From Piromyces finnis finn (Eukaryota > Fungi > Neocallimastigomycota), in assembly GCA_002104945.1 (NCBI GenBank), contig MCFH01000024.1, positions 496,001-560,000 of the forward strand: a stretch of 64,000 bases of DNA. The letters run 5' to 3'. Of this stretch, positions 47,130-59,763 are shown one piece after another. A program made the translations under genes and the position numbers. The notes beneath the pieces are model-generated. The model was not told where the DNA came from. It worked only from the letters and a program-made list of their open reading frames with translations, and did no database searches. Within the stretch, counting starts at the first letter, position 1. Each line of letters begins with the position of its first letter.

Positions 47130-48377
47130 TAAATTCAAAAGAAAATATAAATACATGTAAATATTCTTATTTTAATCATTATTATTATTATTAATAAAGA
47201 AATATTATATAGTTAGATTAATATTTTATAATTTTAATAATCACTTTTATACTTAAATAAATAAAAATTTTAAATATTTAAATATTAGAAAAACAAGTGT
47301 TTCTAATAAAACAATTTAGTGTTTTAACAAAACAATTTTATTAATTTTTATAAAAACGATCTTAAATCTTAATCAATATAACTTATATAGTTATAACAAA
47401 AGATATAATATAATAATCACTTTTTGAAGTAAAATTCAAAATTAAGATTATTATCAAATTATATCAAATTTCATATCCCATTTATATTAATAATATTAAT
47501 ATTTAATATATCAAGTTTAACAATGGATCCTACTTACACAAATTTTTTTTTAAAAATTCTTTTTTTTTTTTTATTCTTATTCTATTATATTGATTGATTA
47601 AAGAAAATATCTATTACTTTTTCTAATTCTTTGGATAAAAGTTTTTATTGATGAATGGTATCATGTTTCTCACATAGCTTGAAAGTTTGATGAAAAAATT
47701 TATTAAAAAAAAAAAAAAAACTATTCTAATATTAATCTATTTATTATAATTAAAGTTTATATGTTAATCTCTTATATAAATAAATAATAATAATAATCAT
47801 AATAAAAATATTATTATAAAATTCTAAATAGCTTTGAAATATATAATTAAGAATACAAAAAAAAAAAAAGTTCTTTATCCTGGTAATGGTTAATCCTAAT
47901 ACAGTACAAAAAACAACTATAATACCAATTAGTTATATAATTAAATGTTTTTATTATTTAAATGATAAATAATAAAGATAAAAAAATATTAATTATACAA
48001 GGGATATATTTAATATATTCCTTTATTAAAAGTATGAAATAAAAAATAATAATAATAACGAAATTTAATATTATAATATTATTATAATATATAATAATAT
48101 AATGGTTATTATCCATAAAAACCATTATAATTCATAATTATTATACATATACCTATTTATTTTTATAATACATTTTTTATCGCTAGCGGCAACCTTAGGT
48201 TCAAAAAACTACAAGTTTTTTATCTATTTATTAAAAATAAAAATTTAAAACACATTTTGATTATTTTATCGTTTGATTGTTTTCCTGGTAAAAATCTGAC
48301 CAGAGCTTTTTTTTGTCTAACTAGAGTTTCTGACTAAATCCTTCAATATATATACTTAAAATATTTTTGTTTTATTA

Positions 48378-49160
48378 ATGAATAAAATTAAATATAGGGT
48401 ATTTCTTTTTCTATTTTACTATAATCCTTATATAGGGTTTTATTAATGCAGAAGAACAATTAATGGTTGTTAATCCTTATGAAGAAAAAATATATATATT
48501 ATTATTAATTTGTCACGAAATTAAAAAATAAATTAGTAGATATAAAAATCCGTATAAAGAAAAATTTGAAAGGTTAAAAAAAAATATAATTTAAATTTCA
48601 ATCCTGCCTATTTCCCTTACGATAATAAAGATACAGTAAAATTGAGATGTGAAATGCAATCAACAACTACCCTCTATGTATATCTATCTTCTTTTTTAAT
48701 TGAAAAAGAAGAAGCTATTCCTAGAGTTGAAAATATTAAATTTAAGGAAAATGTTGAATTATATTCAGATAGTAATAAGGAAAATATGCAAAATTTCTAC
48801 TGAAAAAAACAAATAATGTAATTAAAGAGAATAATGAAATTACTAAAAAAAAAAACACTATAACTACTACCAATGTTAGTAATGTTATTACTATACAAAA
48901 TATTGCTACCACTACTAATGTTAGCAGTATTGCTAATAATATTACTATTAATGTTAATAACACAGCTAATACTGATAATACTACAAATAATGTTATTAAT
49001 AATATAATAATTCTATTAATACTGATAATAATACTATTAATTCTACAAATAATGTTATTAATAATATAAATAATTCTATTACTACTGATAATAATACTAT
49101 TAATAATACTATTGTTTCTTCTACTGACAGACAGCATTACTACCAATATTATCAATGATA
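48378..49160 (+). pseudogene. Decayed secreted-protein gene with T/N-rich linker; paralogue of 45200-45746
   Basis: IILI*GFINAEEQLMVV...ICHEIKK*IS and LRCEMQSTTTLYVYLSSFLIEKEEAIPRVENI align by eye with the 45.2-45.7 kb copy. A T/N-rich low-complexity tract follows. Stops and frameshifts are present. Confidence 0.45.
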
Positions 49161-50611
49161 TTATTTAACAAAAATTCTACTATTTCAATCTAATAATAGT
49201 AATGTTTGTTTCATTTGATTCATTTAAAACTTCCAATTCACTTTTTTATGGATTATTATAAATATATTTAATATTCTTGCATTATATTTATTGCATTGAA
49301 TTTGGTCTATTAAAAAAAAGAAAGAAATTGATTTTCTATTTTAAATAAATATTGGAATGAAATAAAGCATTTAAGAAACAATATTTAACTTTTGAATTGA
49401 AATTTAATTAATAGTTAAAATAAATAGATAAATAAATGATTTACACAAACCTATGAATAAATTTATTATTTAATAGTTCGTATAGAAATAAGATTGTGTA
49501 ATAAAATAAAAATAGAAATAAAAATAAATAAATAAAATTGAATTATTAAAAGTAATTTCATAATAAAATTATAAAGAACTGATTTTTCTTTTAAAATAAC
49601 TTTTATTAATTATTAAACAATCCAATTATTAATAACCTTATTAAATAGCATAAAAAAATAAATTTAACAAAAATGTATTATAAAATGTATTGTATTAATA
49701 ATGTATGTAATTAAGATTTTATAAATTATTAATTCAATTATAATAAATAAGTATTAAAAAAATACATATTGTAAGCTTTTTTAAATTTATATATAATATA
49801 TACAGATTAAAGCATTACTAATAATAATTATAAATAATAATTAGTATAAATGATAAATGATGTATACTGTTAGCACCTCTTTTAAAAAAGGTATAAATAT
49901 AAATGCTTATTATTTTGTACCGTTTTTTTAAATCATAGTTCAATATTAATTTTAATTTAAAAGTTGAACCATTAAAATAATTTTTATAATAAAAAAAAAT
50001 AAATTTTATAATTAATAATGATTATAAACCTTAATAAATATTAAATAATTAATTAATAAATAAATGAAACAATACATAAAAGGAAATAAGTTATGGCGTA
50101 AACTTTAATTAATATAAAATAAATTTAATTTACTTTAGGATTATTTTATATTAATTTAAAAGTATTATTTAATTATTTATATTTTTATATTTTTGGGTTT
50201 TTATATTTTTTTTATTTTATTTTATAGTTGAATAGTTTTATTTTTTCTATTTTCTTTATAATTATTGAAAAATAATTATTCTTTCTTTTATACACTTTTT
50301 ATTTTTACAATGATACTTTTTTTTAATTTTCTTTTATTCCCATTAAATAGTATTTATCATTGGTTTAATTAATAAAACGTTTAATTAAAATAAAAAAAAT
50401 GAATTTGTGTCACCTTTTTTATTATTAATATCAAAGTGTATGTCATTTAAATTTAAATTAAAAATAAATTAAGCTTTTAAAATTATTTTTAAAATATAAA
50501 AAAATTAAAAGTTTAAAAATAAAATAAAAAAATTTTTTAAAATAAATAATAATCCATAACAAAAAAAAAAAAAAGAAAAAAAAATACAATAAATAAAACA
50601 TTAAAAAAAAA

Positions 50612-51103
50612 ATGAAATTATATAACATATTATTATGTGCTATTTTATTATTAACTTTTGTTTCAGCAAGAAAAGTTAAAAAGATTGAAAGTAACGAATA
50701 TTTATTACCAAAAAAGGTTAATGAAGATGGTCAACTTTATATTGTTGATATAAAAACAGCTCACCACCGTTACCATTTAGAAAATTGTAGATACAATTCA
50801 GCCAAAAAAACTATTTATTGTGAATTCGCAAAACAATTAAATAACTACAAATATAGATTAAACATCCCAATTATTTCTGAATCATCTTGTGAATTCAATA
50901 AAGACACCAAAATTGTTGAAGCTAAATTATGGTCTATGTTAAATGATACCAATGTTTATAAATTAAATGATGAATTTAAATCAGAAGGTAGAGTTAAGGT
51001 TCTTACCAATGAATTATACCGTGCTCAACATTTCCAATTAATTACTAATGATGAATGTGTTTTTAAAGCTGAATTTGAAGAAGCTTCTATAACCAGACTC
51101 TGA
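50612..51103 (+). CDS. Orphan secreted protein, 163 aa, intronless
   Basis: Signal peptide MKLYNILLCAILLLTFVSA. Four Cys in the mature part. The ORF is clean with biased codons. No family recognised. Confidence 0.8.
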   Translation: MKLYNILLCAILLLTFVSARKVKKIESNEYLLPKKVNEDGQLYIVDIKTAHHRYHLENCRYNSAKKTIYCEFAKQLNNYKYRLNIPIISESSCEFNKDTKIVEAKLWSMLNDTNVYKLNDEFKSEGRVKVLTNELYRAQHFQLITNDECVFKAEFEEASITRL

Positions 51104-52628
51104 ATTTATAGTTTAGAGCTTAACGAAATAAAATAGTATATAAAATGAAAAAAAGTAAAGAAATAAAAAACAAAAAAATTATTATAAAAAATAAATTTAA
51201 ATTTATATATATATTTTAACAAATAGAAAAAGAAAATGTTTTTAATCTTATTAGCTTAAAAAATGAATTTTTTGTAAAATTTAATATTTTATTTATTAGA
51301 ATATAAATATTGATCATTTATTATGTTTATTTTTCTATAATAATAACAATAACATATAAATTTATAATAGGTAATAAGATTAATAATGAATAAATAACAT
51401 TTACTTAAATCCAATTATCACTGATTTAAATAAATTTAAAAAAAAAATAAAATAAAAATAAATAATAAATATGATATTTTTCCAAATTTATATCTTTATT
51501 GGTATATTTATTCTTTGTTTAAATTAATATTTATAATTTCTTTCATAATAATTATATTGAATGGTAAAAATATTGTTTTTTCTTATTAGCAATAAAAGTG
51601 TGGTTATGTGTTTGCTAAATTTTAAAATATATACTATTTTTATAAAAGAAATTTTTTATATAATTTTTTTTTTAATGTTAAATACATTTCATAAGTAAAA
51701 AAGAAATTTGATTTTAATACTCCATAAATGTTTTCTTTTTTCTTTTTTTTTTTAGAGAAAAAAAAAACCAAATATAAATGTAAATATCAATGAATGAAAC
51801 GCACATCAATAATGAAATGAATATTAAAAATCTATTTTATAAACTCTGATAGAGACAAACAATGATTGAATGGCACGAAGTGAAATGAACAAAATTATTA
51901 AGGATTATGATTTTTTTTATATAATTATAGTAATTATCTTTGGCAAAGATAAGGGAAGGGGATTTAACTACTATAAAATAAGCATTTCCTATCGATACTT
52001 AGGACACTTTATAAATAATGTTTTAAAATTTATATATATATATTTATTATAATTAATGCACATTATTAAGTGATAGTAGCTTTTATTTTATGAATATTAT
52101 TTAAAAAATAGTAAATGTCTATTTTAATATTATAAGACATTCTAATAAAATAAAACTGTATAAAAATTTCATTTTTGAAATTAGAAAAGGAAAACATTTC
52201 TCCAAAAAAAAAAAAAAAAAAATACAAAAATAATTGTAAAGATTTTTAATATTTTTTAAAGTTTTAAATATGCAATAATAAATTAAATATATATACTATA
52301 TATATTTAATCATCGTTACTTTTTTTTTTTTTTTTCACTATTAAAAACAAAGACTACACAAACAGGTACTAATATATCGATATTAATTTATAATAACATT
52401 AAAATATATTGATTTTAGATTTTATTGAATAAATTAAAAAGAATACATATTTAACATTGCTTTGAAAAATAGTTTTAAAAAATTATATATATATCAATGA
52501 GGATATTTTTATAGACCTTAATGTTAAATTATCTATAAATTCAATATGATTCAAAATAATATACTATATAAAATGAAGAATTTTAAAGTTCTATATGTAT
52601 ATATTTATTTCTCTCTCTCTTTTTTTTT

Positions 52629-53090
52629 TTACTCATTTTCATTTGAAGATTCTATAAATATACCATCTTCTATTGCAGCATCCTTTTCAGCAACGGTTTC
52701 AATGGAATTAATAGCTTTTTCTTTTTTTATTTGTCTATAATAGTCTACAATAGCAATACAATTGTAAATTGAAACAATAATAATCAATAATGAGATTAAG
52801 ATAAAGAAAAATTCCATTTCATTTATCTTTATTATCGTATAAATTGTACTGGTAATGGCATTGGCAATAAGGTAAATTATACAGCTTAAGATGAAATTAG
52901 TATTTTTGACCAGAATACCCCAAATACCTATAGCAGTACAAATAATAGATAGAAAGGTATCTATTATACCATAGATCGTATCACAAAAATAACCGATAAA
53001 GGTTAATGCTAAATCAATAAATAAAAATGTGATAATTCCTTGTTTTATTGTAAAACAGCCAAAGTAAGATGTTGAATGAATAAATCCCAT
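52629..53090 (-). CDS. Small ~4-TM membrane protein, 153 aa
   Basis: An N-terminal YFGCFTIKQG motif is followed by four hydrophobic segments and an acidic tail. Intronless. Confidence 0.7.
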   Translation of the reverse strand: MGFIHSTSYFGCFTIKQGIITFLFIDLALTFIGYFCDTIYGIIDTFLSIICTAIGIWGILVKNTNFILSCIIYLIANAITSTIYTIIKINEMEFFFILISLLIIIVSIYNCIAIVDYYRQIKKEKAINSIETVAEKDAAIEDGIFIESSNENE

Positions 53091-53558
53091 TTTTTATTAT
53101 TATTATTATTATTACTATTATTATTATTATTACTATTATTATTATAAGGTTTTGATAAATAAAAAAATTATTTTAAATTTAAATATTCTTATAGCTGATT
53201 TAAAGAAATTTTTATAAAATATCAAATATATCAATTTTATTATAAAAATTATATTAATTATCATTTAATATAATTTATTGTAAAATGAAAATGCAAAATG
53301 AAAAGATTTTAATTTAAAAGATAAAAAAAATTGTAACTTTTTTTTATCATACTTTGTATATGTTGTATGTAATATTATTTTAATGAAATTGAAGCATAAC
53401 CTACTTTTTATTACACAAACACACACACATATATATATTGATCGCTATCAAAAAAAAAAAAAAAAAAAAAAGAAAATTCATTAGAACTTTCTATTTTAAA
53501 AGTAATTAATCAAAATTTTATTAAGGTTAAAAGTTCCACAATGACCATCAAAAATTGA

Positions 53559-54290
53559 TTTTTTTTTTTTTTAACGACATCAAATATTTTAAACTTTATT
53601 ATTAATTTAATTAAAATTATAATACATGTTATAAAAAAACAAAATATGTTTAAATAAAAACAAATGAATAAAAATGGGGTATTATGTATTCTAGTCATTT
53701 TAATTAAAGTAAGAAAGCCACTATTATGCTAAAGTATAATAACTGGTTAAAGGGACAAATTCTTATCAAATGGAACACCAAGATAAGTGTAGCAATCAGT
53801 AGTTGGAGTGGATTTACCTACTAAGTAAAATATTGGATTTTTCTTGTTCTGATATTCTACTAATTCAGGACGAATCACCATCGTTGAACATTTCTGGATA
53901 CCAAATTCCATTTCATTATGCAAAGCCCATTCATTAACTCTTTTTAGCATCTTTTTTAAGCATCCTCTTGATGGAGCACAAATAACTATATCATCTGCAA
54001 AAAGTCCACCACAGCATCGAATGCCACCTAAACTGACTCCGAGATCTTCGCTCTCTTTAAAAATATCACTAATAAAAAGATTAAAAAGAATAGGAGAAAG
54101 TGGGCAACCTTGACGGACTCCTTTCTTCGCATCAAAAGATTTCGAAAATTGTCCATCTAATTTAACATTAGCCTTAGTGATGTCAAATATAAATTTTTGA
54201 TGAATTGTAAACTCTTCCCTCTGATTCCTAAACAATCTAATTTATGGAGAGTATTACTGATTGGGACTTTTCTGAGATTTAAAAAGATAT

Positions 54291-54292
<2 letters not shown>
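53559..54292 (-). mobile_element. Older, internally deleted, 5'-truncated LINE copy of the same family (3' part; its 5' remainder is at 60129-~60170)
   Basis: T14 tail, a 3' UTR nearly identical to 54334-~54525, and an RT fragment (GVRQGCPLSPILFNLF, FADD) closely matching 55944-56460. About 1.4 kb of the C-terminal coding region is missing. Confidence 0.9.
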
Positions 54293-54336
<44 letters not shown>

Positions 54337-54573
54337 GGCATCAAATATTTTAAACTTTATTATTAATTTTATTAAAATTATAATACATGTAATAAAAAAT
54401 TAAAAAATAAAAATAAAAATAAAAAAAATATGTTTAAATAAACACAAATGAATAAAATTTGGGTATAATGTATTCTAGTAATTTTAATTAAAGTAAGAAA
54501 GCCACTATCATACTAAAGTATAATAATTGTATTTGACTTCCAATGGGACACCGAGCCAAAGATCAAAATTTTG

Positions 54574-57500
54574 TCATGGAACAAAATTATGATCTCCATT
54601 GGTTGCGCTGGCCCTCCTGGCCTGTCTTACTGTTTCTTCAGCATTGACGCTCTTGGATGTTGCTTCAAACCTTTTGAACATTGACCATTGCTGGCCAATA
54701 GCAAAAGGCATGATTTTGGTTAGAAGTTCCGCGGTTACCGTCAAGAATGGTGTTCCTTCGTTAGTATCAGATTGAATCTGACGCTTACAAAGTTCTTTCC
54801 ATTCCCTTGAATTGTAATTAATATTGTTAAAACTTCTTCCCCCAAGAAGGAATTTAAATATTTTACTGCACACACTAGAATAATCATACACATTAATATT
54901 CACCGGATTATTAGAACTATTACTATCATTAACTAAATTACTATCTAAATTAGAATTATTATCTTCACTATTGCTATCATTACTAATATTATTATTTCTA
55001 TTATTGTTATTATTACTATTGTTACTATTACTATTGTTACTATTACTATTGTTATTACTACTATTGTTACTATTACTATTAATGTTATTACTATCTCTAC
55101 TGATATTATCAATTTCATTATTATTGATAGGACTATTGGAATTACGTTGACTGAAAAAATTTAATAGCTGGACTATGGAATCATAATGTTTAATACGGAT
55201 ATCTCTAAATGTTGGACAATCTAATAACCAATGTTTAATACTTGATCTCCACACTTGCAACATGGACAGTAGTTAGGACAAACTGGATCAACAAATTTGG
55301 CAGCTTTGGCAACTCTAGCATCCAACTTGTATCCGCTTCTTGCTTTCAATAGCCAGTAGAAGCCATAGGCAAACTCTGGGTATTCATAACATAATTTAAT
55401 AAAATCTTTAGTTTCAATAAATTTATTATCATCATAATATTGCGCTTTGATTGAATTCCCTTTGAGATCTTTCCAATAAAAGTTTTTAACTGCTTTAACA
55501 TCTCCATGTTTCTTTAATTTTTTATCAAGTGTCCTACTTGATTTGCACCACGTGTATTTTCTAAATTTAGGAATGTAATTGACAAGGTGTGAGATAATAC
55601 AATTTGAGTTTTTCCATTTGTTAAAACATCTAACCTGAGCTAACGCACATTTGGCTGACAATGGAGGAATATTCAAATCTTTTGAGATAGAGTATAAAGA
55701 TATAAACGATACAGCTTTATGAACTCCGGCAACCCATCGTAATCCTTTGTTAACATGCTTCTGAGCAATCCTAGACCTAGCTTTGTTGGATCCAAGTAAT
55801 GGTGCAAAGTATGAAACTCTGCTAATCACTTGTGAGTTAAGTACTAGTTTTTTGAAAGGAATAGGAATATTAGGATTTCTTAAGAATTTACTGACTGAGA
55901 AAAGCCCTTTCAAAACCTTGTTATTAAGATCTTTAATTACTGGTTTAAGGGACAGATTCTTATCAAATGGAACACCAAGATAAGTATAGCAATCAGTAGT
56001 TGGAATGGGTTGTCCTGCTAAGTAAAATGTTGGATCTCTCTTGTTCTGATTTTCTATTGATTCAGGACGAATCACCATCGTTGAACATTTCTGGATACCA
56101 AATTCCATTTCATTATACAATGCCCATTCATTAACTCTTCTAAGCATCTTTTTTAAGCATCCTCTTGTTGGAGCACAAATAACTATATCATCTGCAAAAA
56201 GTCCACCACAGCATCGAGTGTCACCTAAACTGACTCCTAGATCTTCGCACTCTCTAAATATATCATTAATAAAGAGATTAAAGAGAATAGGAGAAAGAGG
56301 GCAACCTTGACGGACTCCTTTCTTCACATCAAAAGATTTCGAGAATTGTCCATCTAATTTGACATTAGCCTTAGATGTTAAATATAAATTTTTGATAAAT
56401 TGTAGACTCTTACCTCGGATTCCTAAACAATCTAATTTATGGAGAATATTACCGATTGGGACTGAATCGTATGCTTTCCTGAGATCTAAAAAGGCCAAAT
56501 ATGTCTCTTTATTATCTAATTGACGTCTACGGCATATTTCTTGGATTGAAATGAAAAGACTGATACTTTCTTCCTTTTTTCGAAAACCAAATTGTTCAGG
56601 TCTAATGAAATTATTCTTTAGACCATATTCTGAGATTCTAGTGGTGACAATTTTGGAAATCAACTTAATACCATTATTGATAAGTGATATACCTCGATAG
56701 TTATCACAATCTGTCAAATCTCCCTTCTTAGGAATAGAAACAATACTGGATTCATTCCATGAGTTGGGGAAATCTCCATCCCAAATACGGTTGAATAATT
56801 TAAGAATAAAATTTAAACCATGAGCATCATTATCTGAAGTAGTATTACCAGAAGAATTATTATCTGTAGCATTATTAGAATCATTACTTGATGGAACTAA
56901 TGCTTTGTAAAATTCAATTGGAATACCATCCGGACCTGATGCTTTATAATTTGGAGTAGAGAGGATAGCTGACTTGACTTCATCAATACTAATATCTTGG
57001 TTGATATCCCACTCATCAAGCATAGGAAGTGAAAAACGTTTATTCGTTGGTTCTTCATACCAATGCTCCAAATCAAGACTTACACCACTTGGATCTGATG
57101 CAAGATTTTCGAAATGATCATGCCACACATCTAGTTGTTCTTCCGTAGCAACAACTAATTCTCCATTTTTATTTTTAATTGGTTGAGCAATAAAGAAAGA
57201 ATCTTTTCCAATTTTTGCAGTTTTCTTGATCCATTTCCAGGCCTTCTTAGGATTATGACTCTTCATATACTCACATCCTGTTTTAATCCAATGAAGATAT
57301 TCTTGCTTCCTAAATTCATTACATCTTTTGTGGATGTAATCAATGAGTTTACGGTAGATTTTAATTCTTTTAATAAATTTATCTATATCATAAATTCTTT
57401 CTTTTTTAAATCTCTTATACAACTTCATTTTGATTTTTTGAAGATTAAAAATTTGTTGTGAAATATGAAATGAAGACTTTATAACATTATTTGCTGAAGT

Positions 57501-59108
57501 AATACTGAGCTCGTCTGCAATTGAAAAAGCAGTTGAAGTAAACTCTTTGGAAAGTTCATCTGTAGAAACATTAGGATCGTTGGATTTTGCTGAAAGTATT
57601 TGGAATTTATTATGACTGAGAATAGATTCCTTTTCCTCAATACATTTTAATCTATTCCATTTCAGAATTTTCTTAGGAACATTAAAGTCATTAGAAAAAT
57701 CATCCATAGGAATAATTTTACCATTAATAAGAAGTGGCTTATGGTCTGATACAGGATAAAAATTATTTATAAATGATCCTGAGTGAATAAGATCTTTCAT
57801 CTTCGAATTGATAAGAGCATGGTCAATGTCGGAAGATTGATCACCTCGAGTCCAAGAGATAGTCGACCCTCTAAGCGGAAGAATTTCCCAATCTCCTAAT
57901 CCATTAGTTGATAACCAGTTGGATAATTTTACTTTAGACATATTAAAATCACCAACAAGAATCGATGGATGGGATGAATGAGTTTGTAACCACAAGCGAA
58001 CTTCTAACTTTGCATGATCAACATAGATGTTGTGATGACTATGAGGCATATAAACATTACCAATCGAGCATTTGAATCTATTCCAGAGACTAAAAGTATA
58101 AATAGAAATAATATACTTTCCAGAGAAGTTTTCAAGTGAGGCTTGACATGAATTGTGAAAACCTAAATATAAACCTCTCATTCCCGGAACTGATTCGTCA
58201 GCTTTCTTGAAAAAGTGTCTATAGTTTCGCAAAGTAACACGACAAGGATAATCTGTATTCGATCCAGAACCATTACCAGTTTCTTGGAAACATAAAAATA
58301 ATGGTTTGAAAATAGCTGTGAAATAGCTAATACTATCTCTCTTTTCGTGATTCCACCCATTGGTGTTCCAACTAAGACAAAAAGAAAAGTTATCAGGCTT
58401 GTTGGATGAGGAAGAATCATTGCTATTATTATTATTATTAAAGTCATCGTTACTAATGGATGATGCATCAGAGGAATAAGTAGAACTATTACTCGATGGC
58501 TGTGAAGCTGAAGAACTATCAACTATTGAACTGTTAGCAGAGTTGATAGAGCTATTAGAATTAATTGTTGAATGTTGAGATTGAAATTGTGTTAGCTGTA
58601 GATCTGGAATATTTTCATGATGGGAAACTTGTTGAAGATCTTGTTGAAGATCTTGTTGAAGATCGGATTGTTGATGAGATTGTTGAACTGATTGTTGAAA
58701 TGATTGTTGGAATGATTGTTGAATAGAATGTTGATGTTTATTAGAAACTAAAATTTTACGTTTGAGTGTGGAAAAAGTGTATTTGTGATTCCTTCTACTA
58801 CGAGCTGAAAAGGAAATTGAGGTAACTGAAAGTTTCTTCTTTAACATGTGTAAGATTTTAATACAATCTTTTGATGAACCATGAACCTTGACTAAGAAAA
58901 AGTGATCATTGAAAGTCTGAAAATATTTAACACTAATAACTGAATTAAATTTATCTTCTAGAATAACCTCGAGTTTTTCCCATAGCATATTTACTGACCA
59001 TGATCGAATACCACGGATAAAGAAGGAGCGAATATCATCTAAGGGGATACCATAAGACCGGGTACCACGTCTGATATAATTCTTATCTTTAATATAAAGG
59101 ACTGACAT
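54574..59108 (-). CDS. LINE polyprotein: N-terminal domain, Q/S/N linker, apurinic endonuclease, reverse transcriptase, CCHC knuckle (1-nt frameshift near 55240)
   Basis: APE: LSWNTNG, FQETG, GDFN, DIDH, SDHKP. RT: SGPDGIP, IPKKGD...NYRGISL, QFGFR, FLDLRKAYDSV, GVRQGCPLSP, FADD. CPCCKCGDQ (ORF 55221..59108) continues in another frame as SIKHWLLDC (ORF 54574..55263). Confidence 0.92.
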
Positions 59109-59119
59109 GATAATTAATT

Positions 59120-59650
59120 CTAATTAAAAAAAATTGAATATAAAATAAATACTAATAAAAAATATAAATATAACGTATATGGAAAAAAATCTGTCTCTCT
59201 CTCTCTTCTTAAAAGTACTGGATAGTACAAAAATTGTTACGATGCTTTGTTTAAAGTTTCTTTTTTTTTTTTTTTTTGAATTCTAGTTGTAAATTTTCTT
59301 TAAAAATTCTAGTTTTGGTTTGTTGTTAGTAAATTCGATTCGCTTTTTGACACTAAAATTGTTTGACTTTACTTTTCATTAAATATTTAAATTGGTAAAA
59401 AATTTGAATCAAGAATGTCGACACCAGAAAGCTTGTGAATAGTATTTTTACATGATGTAGAGTGAATCAGTCTCTTACAAGAAACAATACAACAATAGCT
59501 ACATGAATATAAAAATACAATGCAAATGCTAAAGTTGACTACATTGGATTCTTACAAGAGAAGAGTAGTACTACATGAATACATGAATAAAAGAAAAAAA
59601 TACAGCAACAAAATGTATTACTCTTCTAATTAAATACTATACAAACTTAC
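59120..59650 (-). other. Candidate spliceosomal intron in the LINE 5' UTR
   Basis: Donor CAG|GTAAGT at 59651/59650. T-tract plus TAG acceptor at 59121-59120, 11 nt before the ATG at 59108. A TACTAAC at 59331-59325 precedes an alternative AG at 59310-59309. Confidence 0.5.
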
Positions 59651-59763
59651 CTGAGTATCAAACATTCAACTTATTCATCAAATACTTAAATTCGATGAAT
59701 AAAATGTTTTTTAATCGCTCAGTACCATGAGCTTAGTCCTAATAATTTTCCCTTAAAGACTAA

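Noticed and set aside
48742-49155. 137-aa hydrophobic ORF on the minus strand
   Set aside because: It is the antisense shadow of a T/N-rich low-complexity tract of the plus-strand pseudogene.
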